Source: Candidatus Omnitrophota bacterium (GTDB lineage: Bacteria; Omnitrophota; Gorgyraeia; Aquiviventales; Aquiviventaceae). Taken from it: a stretch of 64,000 bases of DNA. The DNA lies in the NCBI GenBank assembly GCA_016198905.1, contig JACQHR010000032.1, positions 10,390-74,389 on the forward strand, written 5' to 3'. The position numbers were made by a program, and so were the translations under genes. Positions within the stretch are counted from its first letter, which is position 1, and every line of letters begins with the position of its first letter. Positions 45,095 through 53,751 of this stretch are shown piece by piece. The notes beneath the pieces were generated by a model, which saw nothing but the letters and a program-made list of their open reading frames with translations, was not told the DNA's origin and did no database searches.

Positions 45095-46263
45095 TTGAAG
45101 TTTTTTTCATCCTGGCCTATGCGATTATTGTGGCCGCTTTTGTGCGCTCCAAGACCCATCTGCGCTTGCATACGCGCTTGGAAGTGCTGCTGCTGGCGTC
45201 CGCTGCTTTGGCGGTGGGGCTGTATGCGCTGACCCAGCGCATGACCCAGGGTTTGGGAGCGACCACACACCTTTCGGATAGCTTTCCGTGGGGTATTTGG
45301 ATCAGTGTTGATTTATGCGGCATTGCGTTGGCTTCCGGCGGATTTATCCTCGCGGGCATTGTCCACCTGTTTCGCGTGCATCGGCTGGAGCCCATTTTGC
45401 GCCCCACAGTGTTAACCGCCTTTATCGCGTACCAATTAGTTGCGGCCATTCTGGTTTTGGATTTAGGCAGGCCGCTGCGCTTTTGGCACCCGCTGGTCAT
45501 GTGGCAGCACCATTCGGTGATGTTTGAGATCACCTTGTGCCTTGCGTTGTACACGGTGGTTCTCGCTCTGGAATTCAGTCCTGTGCTTTTCGAATACCTG
45601 GGCTTCCATAGGGCAGTCGAGGCTCTGCAGAAGATGACGTTGCCGGTAGTCATGGCGGGAGTCATCCTTTCAACTCTGCACCAGTCATCCTTCGGGTCGC
45701 TGTTTCTGATTGTGCCGCAGAAGTTATCGCCTTATTGGTACACGCCGATCCTGCCCATCCTGTTTCTGTTGTCTGCTGTCTGCGCGGGATTAGGGGTAGC
45801 ACTGCTTGAGTGCGTCCTGTTCGAGCGGGCGGCAGGCGGCGAGCGCTTGGATGCCGGCATTGTGCCGATGCTGGCCCGCTGGACCAGTCGAGCGCTCATG
45901 CTCTATGTGATCGTGCGGCTGACGGACTTACTGGTTCGCGGCAGCTGGAGGGCGGTGTTCCAGCATCCTTGGCTGGACGCTTCGTTGGCGGTTGAGATCA
46001 TCGCCGGAAGCCTTCTTCCGGCGCTCTGGCTTGGCCGCATCGCCAAGAGGAATGCGCATCAGGCCGCTGCCGCAGCGGTGACTGTGCTAGGGGGAGTTGT
46101 CTGGCACAGGCTCAATGTGTCCTGGTTCGGGCTCATCCCGGCATCAGGAGTCTTTTATGTGCCGAGCTGGCTTGAGATCGCCATCACCCTTGCCTTGGTG
46201 ATGATCGGCATACTGGTGTTTATTGCTGCGGCGCAATTATTGCCGGTTTTTCCTCGCCGATAA
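45091..46263 (+). CDS. NrfD/HybB-family polytopic membrane subunit (second copy)
   Basis: ATGA overlap with the FeS gene. 390 aa with ~10 TM helices. Confidence 0.8.
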   Translation: MIEVFFILAYAIIVAAFVRSKTHLRLHTRLEVLLLASAALAVGLYALTQRMTQGLGATTHLSDSFPWGIWISVDLCGIALASGGFILAGIVHLFRVHRLEPILRPTVLTAFIAYQLVAAILVLDLGRPLRFWHPLVMWQHHSVMFEITLCLALYTVVLALEFSPVLFEYLGFHRAVEALQKMTLPVVMAGVILSTLHQSSFGSLFLIVPQKLSPYWYTPILPILFLLSAVCAGLGVALLECVLFERAAGGERLDAGIVPMLARWTSRALMLYVIVRLTDLLVRGSWRAVFQHPWLDASLAVEIIAGSLLPALWLGRIAKRNAHQAAAAAVTVLGGVVWHRLNVSWFGLIPASGVFYVPSWLEIAITLALVMIGILVFIAAAQLLPVFPRR

Positions 46264-46293
46264 GGCCCATCGACGGGAGCCCTAAAATAGGCT

Positions 46294-46420
46294 ATGATGA
46301 ACTGCAAGAAAACGTATCCGGACGCGATTTGACGCGGCGGACAACGATCAAGACGGCGCGACCAACCGGGCAGAGCTCAACGCTGGCACCAACCTGAACG
46401 AGCCCACCTCAAAGCCCTAA
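46294..46420 (+). pseudogene. Degraded relic of the monoheme-cytochrome/TSP3 module (no CXXCH, frameshifted)
   Basis: My own translation. Frame 1 (46294-) reads MMNCKKTYPDAI*; compare FKQAYPGK in the paralogs. The +1 frame (46301-46420) reads ..RFDAADNDQDGATNRAELNAGTNLNEPTSKP*; compare YRAIETEDADQDGAPNGDEIKAGTDPADPASVP at 27034... The heme-binding segment between these two pieces is missing. Confidence 0.55.
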
Positions 46421-46444
46421 GACAGGGCTTCACCCTGAGAGCGC

Positions 46445-48226
46445 ATGAAACAGTGGACGCGTCTCCTCGGGTCTCTCAAAGTCGCTGTGCCGCTGCTGGT
46501 GACCATTGCGGCTGTGCTGGCGTGGGGGACCATCTATGAGGCCACATTCGGCACAGCGGCCGTGCAGCAGTTCGTGTATCACGCCTGGTGGTTCCAGGCG
46601 CTGCTGGGATTCCTCGCGGTGAATCTTACCATTGCGGCTCTGCAGCGCTATCCCTGGAAACGGCAGCACCTGCCGTTTGTCCTCGCACACCTCGGGATCA
46701 TCCTCATTTTGATCGGCGGAATTCTCGGCGGCCGGTTCGGCGTCGAGGGCCAAATGATCATTCCGGAAGGGCAAGCCGCGCATACCTTGGAAACGCCCGG
46801 CAACGTGCTCGTTGTGCGCCAGCAGCATCCGGAGCTCCGCGTGGAGATTCCCACGCAATTTGAAACGCAAGCCTGGGTGCATGAGCCCAAGATGACCGTG
46901 CCCGTGCAACTTGGCGCGCGGAGCATCGCATTGACCATTGACCGCTACTATCCCGATGCGGTCATGGACGAAGAGATAGCGAACGATGGTACGGACGACA
47001 ACCCTGCGATCCAACTGACGCTCGAGCACGCCGGTCAACACGACACCGTATGGTTAATCGCTCGGGACCCGGAGCGGTTTGGCACGGGGTGGGGCGACGC
47101 GCACGTGTTGTTCCTAGAGCCCAGGACCGAGGAAGATCTCAAGCAACTCATCGGCAGCGCCGCACACCCCAGTCGCGCGAGAGGCGTGGTGTCGCTGACG
47201 CTGCCGGGTGCCAAGCGAGCACGCGAGATTGAGGTGCCTGACGTCTTGGATCACACCGTACCTCTTGAAGGGACCTCGTACAGCCTGACCTTCAAGGACT
47301 ACTTTCCGGATTTTGCGCTCACAGAGCACGGGCCGGCGAGCCGCTCGATGCAACCGAACAATCCTGCAGTCTCGTTGACCCTCAACGGGCCGGAAGGCAC
47401 CGACACCTACCTGTTATTTGCGCTCCATCCCGAGTTTCAGTCGATCCACGACTTCCAGCACGTGATTCCAGCAACGGTAAGTTACACGCATCCCGCAGGC
47501 GCGAGTCTGCCGCCGAACGGCATCAGTGTCCTTCGAACGGCCTCAGGCGGATTGCTTGCCGTGCTGACGGACGGTGCTGCAAAGCGACAGGTGATCAATC
47601 CCGTCGCCGTCGGCACCGAGTACACACACCCCTCGTTGGGATACCATTTCACCATTGCCGCGTATGCTCCACGCGCGCAGGTGACCCAACACATCACGAA
47701 TCGATCCAATGAGGTGCATGCGGAGATGTTGCATCTCATTGGGCGTGAGGGTGCACGTGCAACAGAGGCCTGGGTTGGCATGCGTGGCACCGCCCAACTC
47801 GAATTGGGAGAAGCCCCACTGATGGTTGAGTATCGGCCCGCGCAGCGAGCGTTGCCCGTGACGATCAAATTGCTCGATTTTCGCAAGCTTGATTACCCCG
47901 GCACGCAAATGGCCTCCAGCTTCGAGAGCGACGTGGAAATGACCGATGCCGCGCGCGGAATCATCCTGATGCGCACCATTAAAATGAACCATCCGTTGCA
48001 GTACCGCGGGCATAGTTTCTACCAATCCAGTTACATTGATGGCCCGACGCAAACCACCATCCTCTCGGTGCGCAGCGACCCGGGCACACCATTCGTCTAT
48101 GCGGGGTTCCTCGTCGTCATTGGTGGAGTATTGAGTTTGTTCATCGTCAGAGGCGCGCGCAAGGACGCCGCCCTCACACGAGCCGAACGGGAGTCGCTCA
48201 AACGCCTACAGAAAGGACGCGCATGA
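46445..48226 (+). CDS. resB: System II cytochrome c biogenesis protein ResB/Ccs1
   Basis: N-terminal TM helices (SLKVAVPLLVTIAAVLAWGTIYE, WWFQALLGFLAVNL), a large periplasmic domain and a C-terminal TM helix. Directly coupled to ccsA. Confidence 0.85.
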   Translation: MKQWTRLLGSLKVAVPLLVTIAAVLAWGTIYEATFGTAAVQQFVYHAWWFQALLGFLAVNLTIAALQRYPWKRQHLPFVLAHLGIILILIGGILGGRFGVEGQMIIPEGQAAHTLETPGNVLVVRQQHPELRVEIPTQFETQAWVHEPKMTVPVQLGARSIALTIDRYYPDAVMDEEIANDGTDDNPAIQLTLEHAGQHDTVWLIARDPERFGTGWGDAHVLFLEPRTEEDLKQLIGSAAHPSRARGVVSLTLPGAKRAREIEVPDVLDHTVPLEGTSYSLTFKDYFPDFALTEHGPASRSMQPNNPAVSLTLNGPEGTDTYLLFALHPEFQSIHDFQHVIPATVSYTHPAGASLPPNGISVLRTASGGLLAVLTDGAAKRQVINPVAVGTEYTHPSLGYHFTIAAYAPRAQVTQHITNRSNEVHAEMLHLIGREGARATEAWVGMRGTAQLELGEAPLMVEYRPAQRALPVTIKLLDFRKLDYPGTQMASSFESDVEMTDAARGIILMRTIKMNHPLQYRGHSFYQSSYIDGPTQTTILSVRSDPGTPFVYAGFLVVIGGVLSLFIVRGARKDAALTRAERESLKRLQKGRA

Positions 48227-49869
48227 TGAAGAAACTGATTTCAGCTTTCGCCTGCGGACTGCTCGCGTTTGCAGCGACGAGTCCAGTGGCGGCCGATCGT
48301 GACACGCCGATCCCTCCCCAAGCGCTGCAAACGATCCGGCACATGGCGATTCAACATAACGGGCGCGTCAAGCCCTTCGAAAGTTTCGCACGGGAGACGC
48401 TCAGCCTCATTACGGGGGAACCGCAGTGGGGTCATGACGACCCGGTGCAAACGGTTGTCTCGATGATGGCGAACCCCGATCATTGGCAGCAGATACCGAT
48501 GCTGACCGTCCCGTTTATTCCGCTGCGCGAGCCGCTCGGGCTCGCTCGCAAGACGAAGCGTATCTCCTACAATGACCTTGTGGCCACACGGAAACTGATG
48601 GGGATGCTACCGGCGATCGTCGGCAAGCAACGGCGCGATGAGAAATTGACGATTGCAGAGAATGAAACCATGGATCTCTTTCAGCGTTTTGTCACACTCA
48701 GCGACGTGCTGGAGCAGAAAATCAGCATCGTGCCTCCAGCCGTGGCAACCGAGCACGTGTGGGTGTCGGTAACCGAGCTGACAGGCTATGCTTCGCAGCA
48801 GCAGGAGGTGTTGCGCGGCGCTTGGGTGAGTTTTCTTGAGGCGGTGCGTGTTGGACAATCGTCCGTCGTGGATGAGCGCGCCACCCAGCTCGTCCAACAA
48901 CTCACCGCGGCCAATCCATCGGCCTATCCAGCCAGGTGGCGTTTGAATCTTGAAGTGTGGTACCACCATGCCCAACCGTTTCGCATCGCGTGGGTCGCCT
49001 ATCTCGTGGCAGTGATTGCGCTGTTGGTGAATCTCGGCTCCGCAAGAACGTCAACGACGGTTCTTGGGGCGGTGGCCCTCGGCACGGCGTTTATCGTCCA
49101 TGCGGGCGGCATCCTGTGCCGGGTGATCCTCGGGGGACGGCCTCCGGTATCCAATTTCTTTGAAACGATGCTCTGGTTACCGTTTGTCGCGGTCGTCGTT
49201 TCGTTGATTCTCGAGCGCATCTATCGCGCGCGCTACATCAGCCTGGCCGCTGCGATGCTCGCGGCGATCACACTCATATTAGCTGAGCATGTGCCGTTGG
49301 ACTCAAGCATCTCGCCAGTCGTTGCCGTGTTGCACAGTAATTTATGGCTGACGATTCATGTGCTCACCATCGTGGCAAGTTACGGCGCGCTCGCGCTGGC
49401 CACGGTCCTGGCGCATGTCTACGGGTGGCTCTACGTGACGCGACGCACACCGCACCCGGCTTTGCCGGCGCTCGGCTTGTTCCTCTACCGTGTCATCCAA
49501 GTCGGGGTCGTCCTGCTCGCCGGAGGCATTATGCTCGGGGCGGTGTGGGCCAACGCGTCGTGGGGGCGGTATTGGGGGTGGGATCCAAAAGAGACGTGGT
49601 CGCTCATCACGTTATTATGGTTTCTTGCGATCCTCCACGGCCGGTTCGCCGGGTGGATCAAAGGCGTCGGAGTGGCGTTGTCGACGATCACTGGTTTCTT
49701 TCTCCTCTTGATGACGTACTACGGGGTGAGTTTCTATCTCGTCGGGCTGCACAGTTACGCTGGCGGGCACGCAAAGCCCTTGCCGGCACTGCTCATCACG
49801 TATCTCGTCGTCGAAGCGGCATTCATCATCACAGTCGGTGCCGTAGCCGCACGGCGGCGTACGACGTAA
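48223..49869 (+). CDS. ccsA: System II cytochrome c biogenesis protein CcsA/ResC (with N-terminal periplasmic extension)
   Basis: ATGA overlap with resB. Trp-rich heme-handling motif WANASWGRYWGWDPKETW. Multiple TM helices. 548 aa. Confidence 0.9.
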   Translation: MMKKLISAFACGLLAFAATSPVAADRDTPIPPQALQTIRHMAIQHNGRVKPFESFARETLSLITGEPQWGHDDPVQTVVSMMANPDHWQQIPMLTVPFIPLREPLGLARKTKRISYNDLVATRKLMGMLPAIVGKQRRDEKLTIAENETMDLFQRFVTLSDVLEQKISIVPPAVATEHVWVSVTELTGYASQQQEVLRGAWVSFLEAVRVGQSSVVDERATQLVQQLTAANPSAYPARWRLNLEVWYHHAQPFRIAWVAYLVAVIALLVNLGSARTSTTVLGAVALGTAFIVHAGGILCRVILGGRPPVSNFFETMLWLPFVAVVVSLILERIYRARYISLAAAMLAAITLILAEHVPLDSSISPVVAVLHSNLWLTIHVLTIVASYGALALATVLAHVYGWLYVTRRTPHPALPALGLFLYRVIQVGVVLLAGGIMLGAVWANASWGRYWGWDPKETWSLITLLWFLAILHGRFAGWIKGVGVALSTITGFFLLLMTYYGVSFYLVGLHSYAGGHAKPLPALLITYLVVEAAFIITVGAVAARRRTT

Positions 49870-49926
49870 GCTTATCGCGCATCCTCACTTTTGACTCAAA
49901 CAGCCGCGAAGCGAAAATAAGAAAAA

Positions 49927-49963
49927 CCCCCATGTGGCAACGCCACATGGGGGTAGATTTTTT
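49927..49963. terminator. Bidirectional rho-independent terminator between the convergent ccsA and PEP-CTERM genes
   Basis: Perfect 12-bp stem cccccatgtggc/gccacatggggg with a 3-nt loop. An A5 run lies upstream and T6 (49958-49963) downstream. Confidence 0.75.
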
Positions 49964-49986
49964 AACGAATCACAACAGGCGGTGAC

Positions 49987-50712
49987 TTAGGTTCGGCGCT
50001 TGCGTCGAGCAAGCAGTCCTGCGAGGGAGCCAAGCCCGAACAGAAGGCCGGTCGCCGGTTCAGGAATCGGAGGAGGAGGCGGGGGTGAAGGTTCTTGCAT
50101 GATCCAGCGCCAGTTGCCATGGCTTCGATCGCCATTCGTGTCGGGATCGTTCGTGACTTGCCACCAGCCGCTTTCAATGACGAGATAGGGTTGACCAGGT
50201 TGACCGATGACACGCCGATGAATGTCCAAATCCTCACCGCCGTATTGGGGAAGATTGTTCGTGTTGTTCACCCACGCCCTGGCACCGGTATACGTCGGAT
50301 TGACAACGGTGGGTGTGATAGCAAACTCGGCTTCCTGATAAAAGATGCGCGCGTTGTTGTCGCCGTTGGTCAGCAGCTCGTCGAACATCGCGTCAAATGG
50401 GACCGGGGGCAGACTGTTCCAGAACGTCCCGCTGGACCCGATGCCGTCGAACATGCCGCTGAAGCCCCAGAGCTCGCTGCTGTTGACATGGACGACGGTT
50501 CCGGACAAATTCGCCTTGCCGGTTGAGGTGTCTACCAACATCTGCGCGTTGACAAAATCAAAATCGTCTGTCCCGCCAACCGGATGGAACGCCTGGCCGT
50601 CGTTCGGATGCTTATCAAGATCAAACGTTAGGATGAGGGCCTCGGCTCTCGTTGAGCCAGCCAAGAGCAGCACGGCCGACAGTGCGCCTGCCGCAAGGAC
50701 CCGCCGAATCAT
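49987..50712 (-). CDS. PEP-CTERM sorting-domain secreted protein
   Basis: C-terminus PPPPPPIPEPATGLLFGLGSLAGLLARRKRRT (PEP motif, TM helix, basic tail). The signal peptide is taken from Met MIRRVLAAGALSAVLLLAGSTRAEA; the ORF-track start is 50760. Confidence 0.85.
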   Translation of the reverse strand: MIRRVLAAGALSAVLLLAGSTRAEALILTFDLDKHPNDGQAFHPVGGTDDFDFVNAQMLVDTSTGKANLSGTVVHVNSSELWGFSGMFDGIGSSGTFWNSLPPVPFDAMFDELLTNGDNNARIFYQEAEFAITPTVVNPTYTGARAWVNNTNNLPQYGGEDLDIHRRVIGQPGQPYLVIESGWWQVTNDPDTNGDRSHGNWRWIMQEPSPPPPPPIPEPATGLLFGLGSLAGLLARRKRRT

Positions 50713-50978
50713 TGAGACTGCATAAAGGGTGTTGGTCATAATCAGCATAAGAATGTGCAACTAACGTGCCAGGACTCTATGTAAAATGCGAATTCTATAA
50801 AATATGTAACTTACAGTGAATAAACAAGTTGCATTCGAAACCCACCAGTGTACTTACTATGTAATGTTTCAAATGTATCCCCAGTCAGGGGCGGTGTCAA
50901 CATACCGGCGCGAATACGCGACGGTAAACTTTTTTCCCCTCGCGGCGTCCAACTAGATAGGACAAGGAGGACGCTGCC

Positions 50979-52385
50979 ATGAAGAGACTCGTGTGGGGAT
51001 TGATCCTGGCCGGCATCATCGGCGCTTCGGGTGCGGTTTTTGCCGAACCTCCTGCTGGGGGCGGAGCGGATCGGCGGGCCCGCCCCGGCGACGGGGATAA
51101 TCGGGCCGGGGAAAATGTCCGCGACCGTCGTGAAGACGTCGCCGACCGTCGCGAAGACGTCCGCGATCATCGTGAGGATCGGCGGGATCGCGCCGAAGAC
51201 GCCGCGGATCGCCAGGACGGCGGGGAGCTCCAGCGGCTGCGCAAGCTGAAGGAAGAGAACCCCGAAGCCTTCCGGCAGGCCATCGACGAGCGCAAAGCGC
51301 AACTGCGCGAGAAAATGGCGCATCTGAAAGAGACCAACCCCCAAGCCTTTGAAGCGGCCAAGCAGCGGCTCCAGGAGCACCGGCAACAGGTGCTCAGTCA
51401 TCTCAAAGAGGCCAATCCGCAGCGCTATCAGCAGGTGGTCCAAGAGCACCGGGCCCAGGTGGAGCAGCGGCTTCAGAACCTCAAGACGGAGAACCCGCAG
51501 CGGTATGAAGCGCTCATGCAGCGGCGCGATGAATGGCGCCAGCAGCGGCTTGAGCAGTTGAAGCAAAACCATCCGGAGGCGTTCGAGCGGTTCAAGGCCA
51601 ACCACCCGGAGTGGACGAAGAAGCGTGAAGAGCTTCAGCAGGACCGTCAGGAGATTCGGGGAGATCGCCAAGAGCTGCGCAACGATCGCAAAGACTACCA
51701 GTCCGACCGGCAAGCGCTGAGGGAAGATCTTCGTGAAGGCAACCGCGATGAGATTCGCGGGGACCGTGAAGCGCTCCGTCAAGATCATCAGGAAATCCGC
51801 GGGGACCGCCAAGAGCTTCGGCAGGATGGCCGTGCGCTGCAGCGTGATCGCCGCAACGGTCTTCCTGATGGACCAGGGACAGATCGAGTCGAAGATCGCC
51901 GTGATCGCCGTGAGGATGTCAGGGATCATCGCGAAGATGTGCGCGACCGTCGAGAGAATATCCGCGACCGCCGCGAAGATCGGTGGGATGCGAAACATGA
52001 TGGTGGGCGACTGGACCGGATGGAGGATCGCCGGGACCGCCGCGAAGACGTGCGTGATCGACGAGAAGATGTGCGCGACCGACGGGAAGACCGGTACGAT
52101 CGTCGCGAGGATGTCCGGGATCGCCGCAATGGTCCTCCCGGCGAACGCATGCGGGAGCACACGAATCAAGGCGTGCGTGACCATGGCATGGGTGAGGGGC
52201 GCGGCGGGGTCGGGCAGGGCGGCGAGCGCCGTGGCGGACCGAGTATAGGATCCGGCCCTGGCGGGCGCGGTCCTGGGATGGGTCAAGGACCTGCGGGGCA
52301 TGGAGGTCCAGGCGGTGGGGCAGGCAAGGGCTCTGGGCCAGTGCGTCGAGGGTCTGGCGGCGGCGGTCGACGCGGTGGCCGCTAA
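50979..52385 (+). CDS. Secreted Arg/Glu/Asp (RED) repeat polyampholyte with helical NP(E/Q)xF/Y repeats and a Gly/Arg-rich tail
   Basis: RBS aaggagg and signal peptide MKRLVWGLILAGIIGASGAVFA. Two blocks of DRREDVRD-type octads, about 5 copies of LKE(E/T/A)NP(E/Q)(A/R)(F/Y), DRQE(I/L)R(G/N)DR units, and a C-terminal GRGGVGQGG...GGGGRRGGR tail. Confidence 0.7.
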   Translation: MKRLVWGLILAGIIGASGAVFAEPPAGGGADRRARPGDGDNRAGENVRDRREDVADRREDVRDHREDRRDRAEDAADRQDGGELQRLRKLKEENPEAFRQAIDERKAQLREKMAHLKETNPQAFEAAKQRLQEHRQQVLSHLKEANPQRYQQVVQEHRAQVEQRLQNLKTENPQRYEALMQRRDEWRQQRLEQLKQNHPEAFERFKANHPEWTKKREELQQDRQEIRGDRQELRNDRKDYQSDRQALREDLREGNRDEIRGDREALRQDHQEIRGDRQELRQDGRALQRDRRNGLPDGPGTDRVEDRRDRREDVRDHREDVRDRRENIRDRREDRWDAKHDGGRLDRMEDRRDRREDVRDRREDVRDRREDRYDRREDVRDRRNGPPGERMREHTNQGVRDHGMGEGRGGVGQGGERRGGPSIGSGPGGRGPGMGQGPAGHGGPGGGAGKGSGPVRRGSGGGGRRGGR

Positions 52386-52504
52386 GGCCCCGCGAGCATT
52401 TCGCGAGCATGCACCGGGCTGATGGATATGCGCTTGAGCGACAGGGACGTCTTGAAAAAACGATCAGCCAGCGAGTGGGATGGGATGTTATACTACCTGC
52501 AACC

Positions 52505-53101
52505 ATGGATGAGAGTGATGCCGCGGCGATCGATGCGGTGCTTCGCGGCAACGTGGATCGCTACGCGGACCTGGTGGATAAGTATCAGCAGCAGGCCATC
52601 CGACTTGCCTTCAGCCTTCTGGGTAACGAAGCCGATGCCCACGACGTCTCTCAAGAAGCCTTCGTCAGCGCCTACCGATCCTTGGGGCAGTTTCGCGGGG
52701 GCGCCAAGTTTTCGACGTGGCTCTACCGCATCGTGGTCAATAAATGCAAAGATGCGTACAAACGTCATGCTCGTCGACCCTTCGTGGTGGCGCAAGTGGG
52801 CGAGGCCGTCCCTGAGTCAGACGACGAGGGCAGTCTCTTTGTGGACGTGGCTGATCCCACAACCGATCCCAGTGACCACCTGGCGACTCGAGAACTGTCC
52901 CAGCAGATCACCGCAGCGATTGGCACACTGCCGATGAAGCAGCGCACCGCCTTCATGCTCCATCATGTGCAGGGCTGCTCGCTAGAAGAAGCGGCTGTTG
53001 TGATGAATTGCCGCGTCGGTACCGTGAAATCTCACGTCTTTCGTGCGACAGAGCATTTGCGCGTTCAACTGACTCCCCGGCTCGAAAAGGAGGGACGGTG
53101 A
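52505..53101 (+). CDS. ECF (group IV) sigma-70 factor
   Basis: The region 2 / region 4 pattern is VDKYQQQAIRLAFSLLGNEADAHDVSQEAFVSAY...FSTWLYRIVVNKCKD...LPMKQRTAFMLHHVQGCSLEEAAVVMNCRVGTVKSHVFRA. The start is taken at ATG 52505 rather than the track start 52409. Confidence 0.85.
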   Translation: MDESDAAAIDAVLRGNVDRYADLVDKYQQQAIRLAFSLLGNEADAHDVSQEAFVSAYRSLGQFRGGAKFSTWLYRIVVNKCKDAYKRHARRPFVVAQVGEAVPESDDEGSLFVDVADPTTDPSDHLATRELSQQITAAIGTLPMKQRTAFMLHHVQGCSLEEAAVVMNCRVGTVKSHVFRATEHLRVQLTPRLEKEGR

Positions 53102-53652
53102 TGGAATTTACGGCGTGGATTCGTCAGCGGCTGACTCAACATCCGCTTAAGACTCCGGAACAGGTCAGTCGTGAGACCTATACCGCCCAGGTGATGGCGC
53201 GCGTCAAAGGCGAGGTGGGGCAGGCGGCGTCGCCGCTCCACGCAGCGCGATCGGTGCGCATTGCATGGCCATGGCCGCGATTGGCGCTGGCAGCTCTTAC
53301 GGCCGCCGCAGTCGTCATCATCGTGACGAATATGCGGCAAGAAACAACGCTTCGCCTCGCCCAAGAGGTGACCCGCGATGCGCAATTCTTAGCCGCCTTG
53401 GGCGAGCCGGTCACTGACTCAATGGCGCCACGCGATCTCGAGGCCATGGCAAAGGAGCTGGAAGAAGCCGATCGTCTCATGCTCGCCGAGGCCCCTCCAA
53501 GCGATGATCAGTGGCTTGAGCAGACGCTTCAGCTGCTTGAACAGTTCGACGAAGATGCTTCAGCTGGGAAAACCGATGACGCCTCATCCGATGAAGACTT
53601 GCTCAAAGAATTACAGAACGACGAACAGTCAGACTTCGCCTCCGCCGCGTAA
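53101..53652 (+). CDS. Putative anti-sigma factor (single-pass, acidic periplasmic tail)
   Basis: Start overlaps the sigma stop (gGTGATGg). Central TM helix LALAALTAAAVVIIVT. C-terminal acidic segment DEDASAGKTDDASSDEDLLKELQNDEQSD. The role is assigned by position only. Confidence 0.5.
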   Translation: MEFTAWIRQRLTQHPLKTPEQVSRETYTAQVMARVKGEVGQAASPLHAARSVRIAWPWPRLALAALTAAAVVIIVTNMRQETTLRLAQEVTRDAQFLAALGEPVTDSMAPRDLEAMAKELEEADRLMLAEAPPSDDQWLEQTLQLLEQFDEDASAGKTDDASSDEDLLKELQNDEQSDFASAA

Positions 53653-53733
53653 CATTTTCGCCTAGCTTTCGACTCGTCAAGAGCCGCCGAACTCCCTCAA
53701 GAAATACACCCTGTAGCCCACCCTCGAACCATT

Positions 53734-53751
53734 TGTTGAACCAGTTCAACA
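53734..53751. promoter_or_regulatory. Perfect inverted repeat TGTTGAAC-CA-GTTCAACA (candidate operator)
   Basis: Read directly from an AT-rich intergenic region ~200 nt upstream of the mini-MerR gene. Confidence 0.3.

Noticed and set aside
50761-50978. Sigma-54 promoter (TGGCAC-N5-TTGC) for the PEP-CTERM or RED-repeat genes
   Set aside because: A TTGCA is present near 50829, but there is no GG element at the required -24 spacing.
50811-52301. 496-aa minus-strand ORF opposite the RED-repeat gene
   Set aside because: It is a mirror image of the charge-repeat DNA and encodes hydrophobic low-complexity sequence. The plus-strand gene has an RBS, a signal peptide and a downstream operon context.
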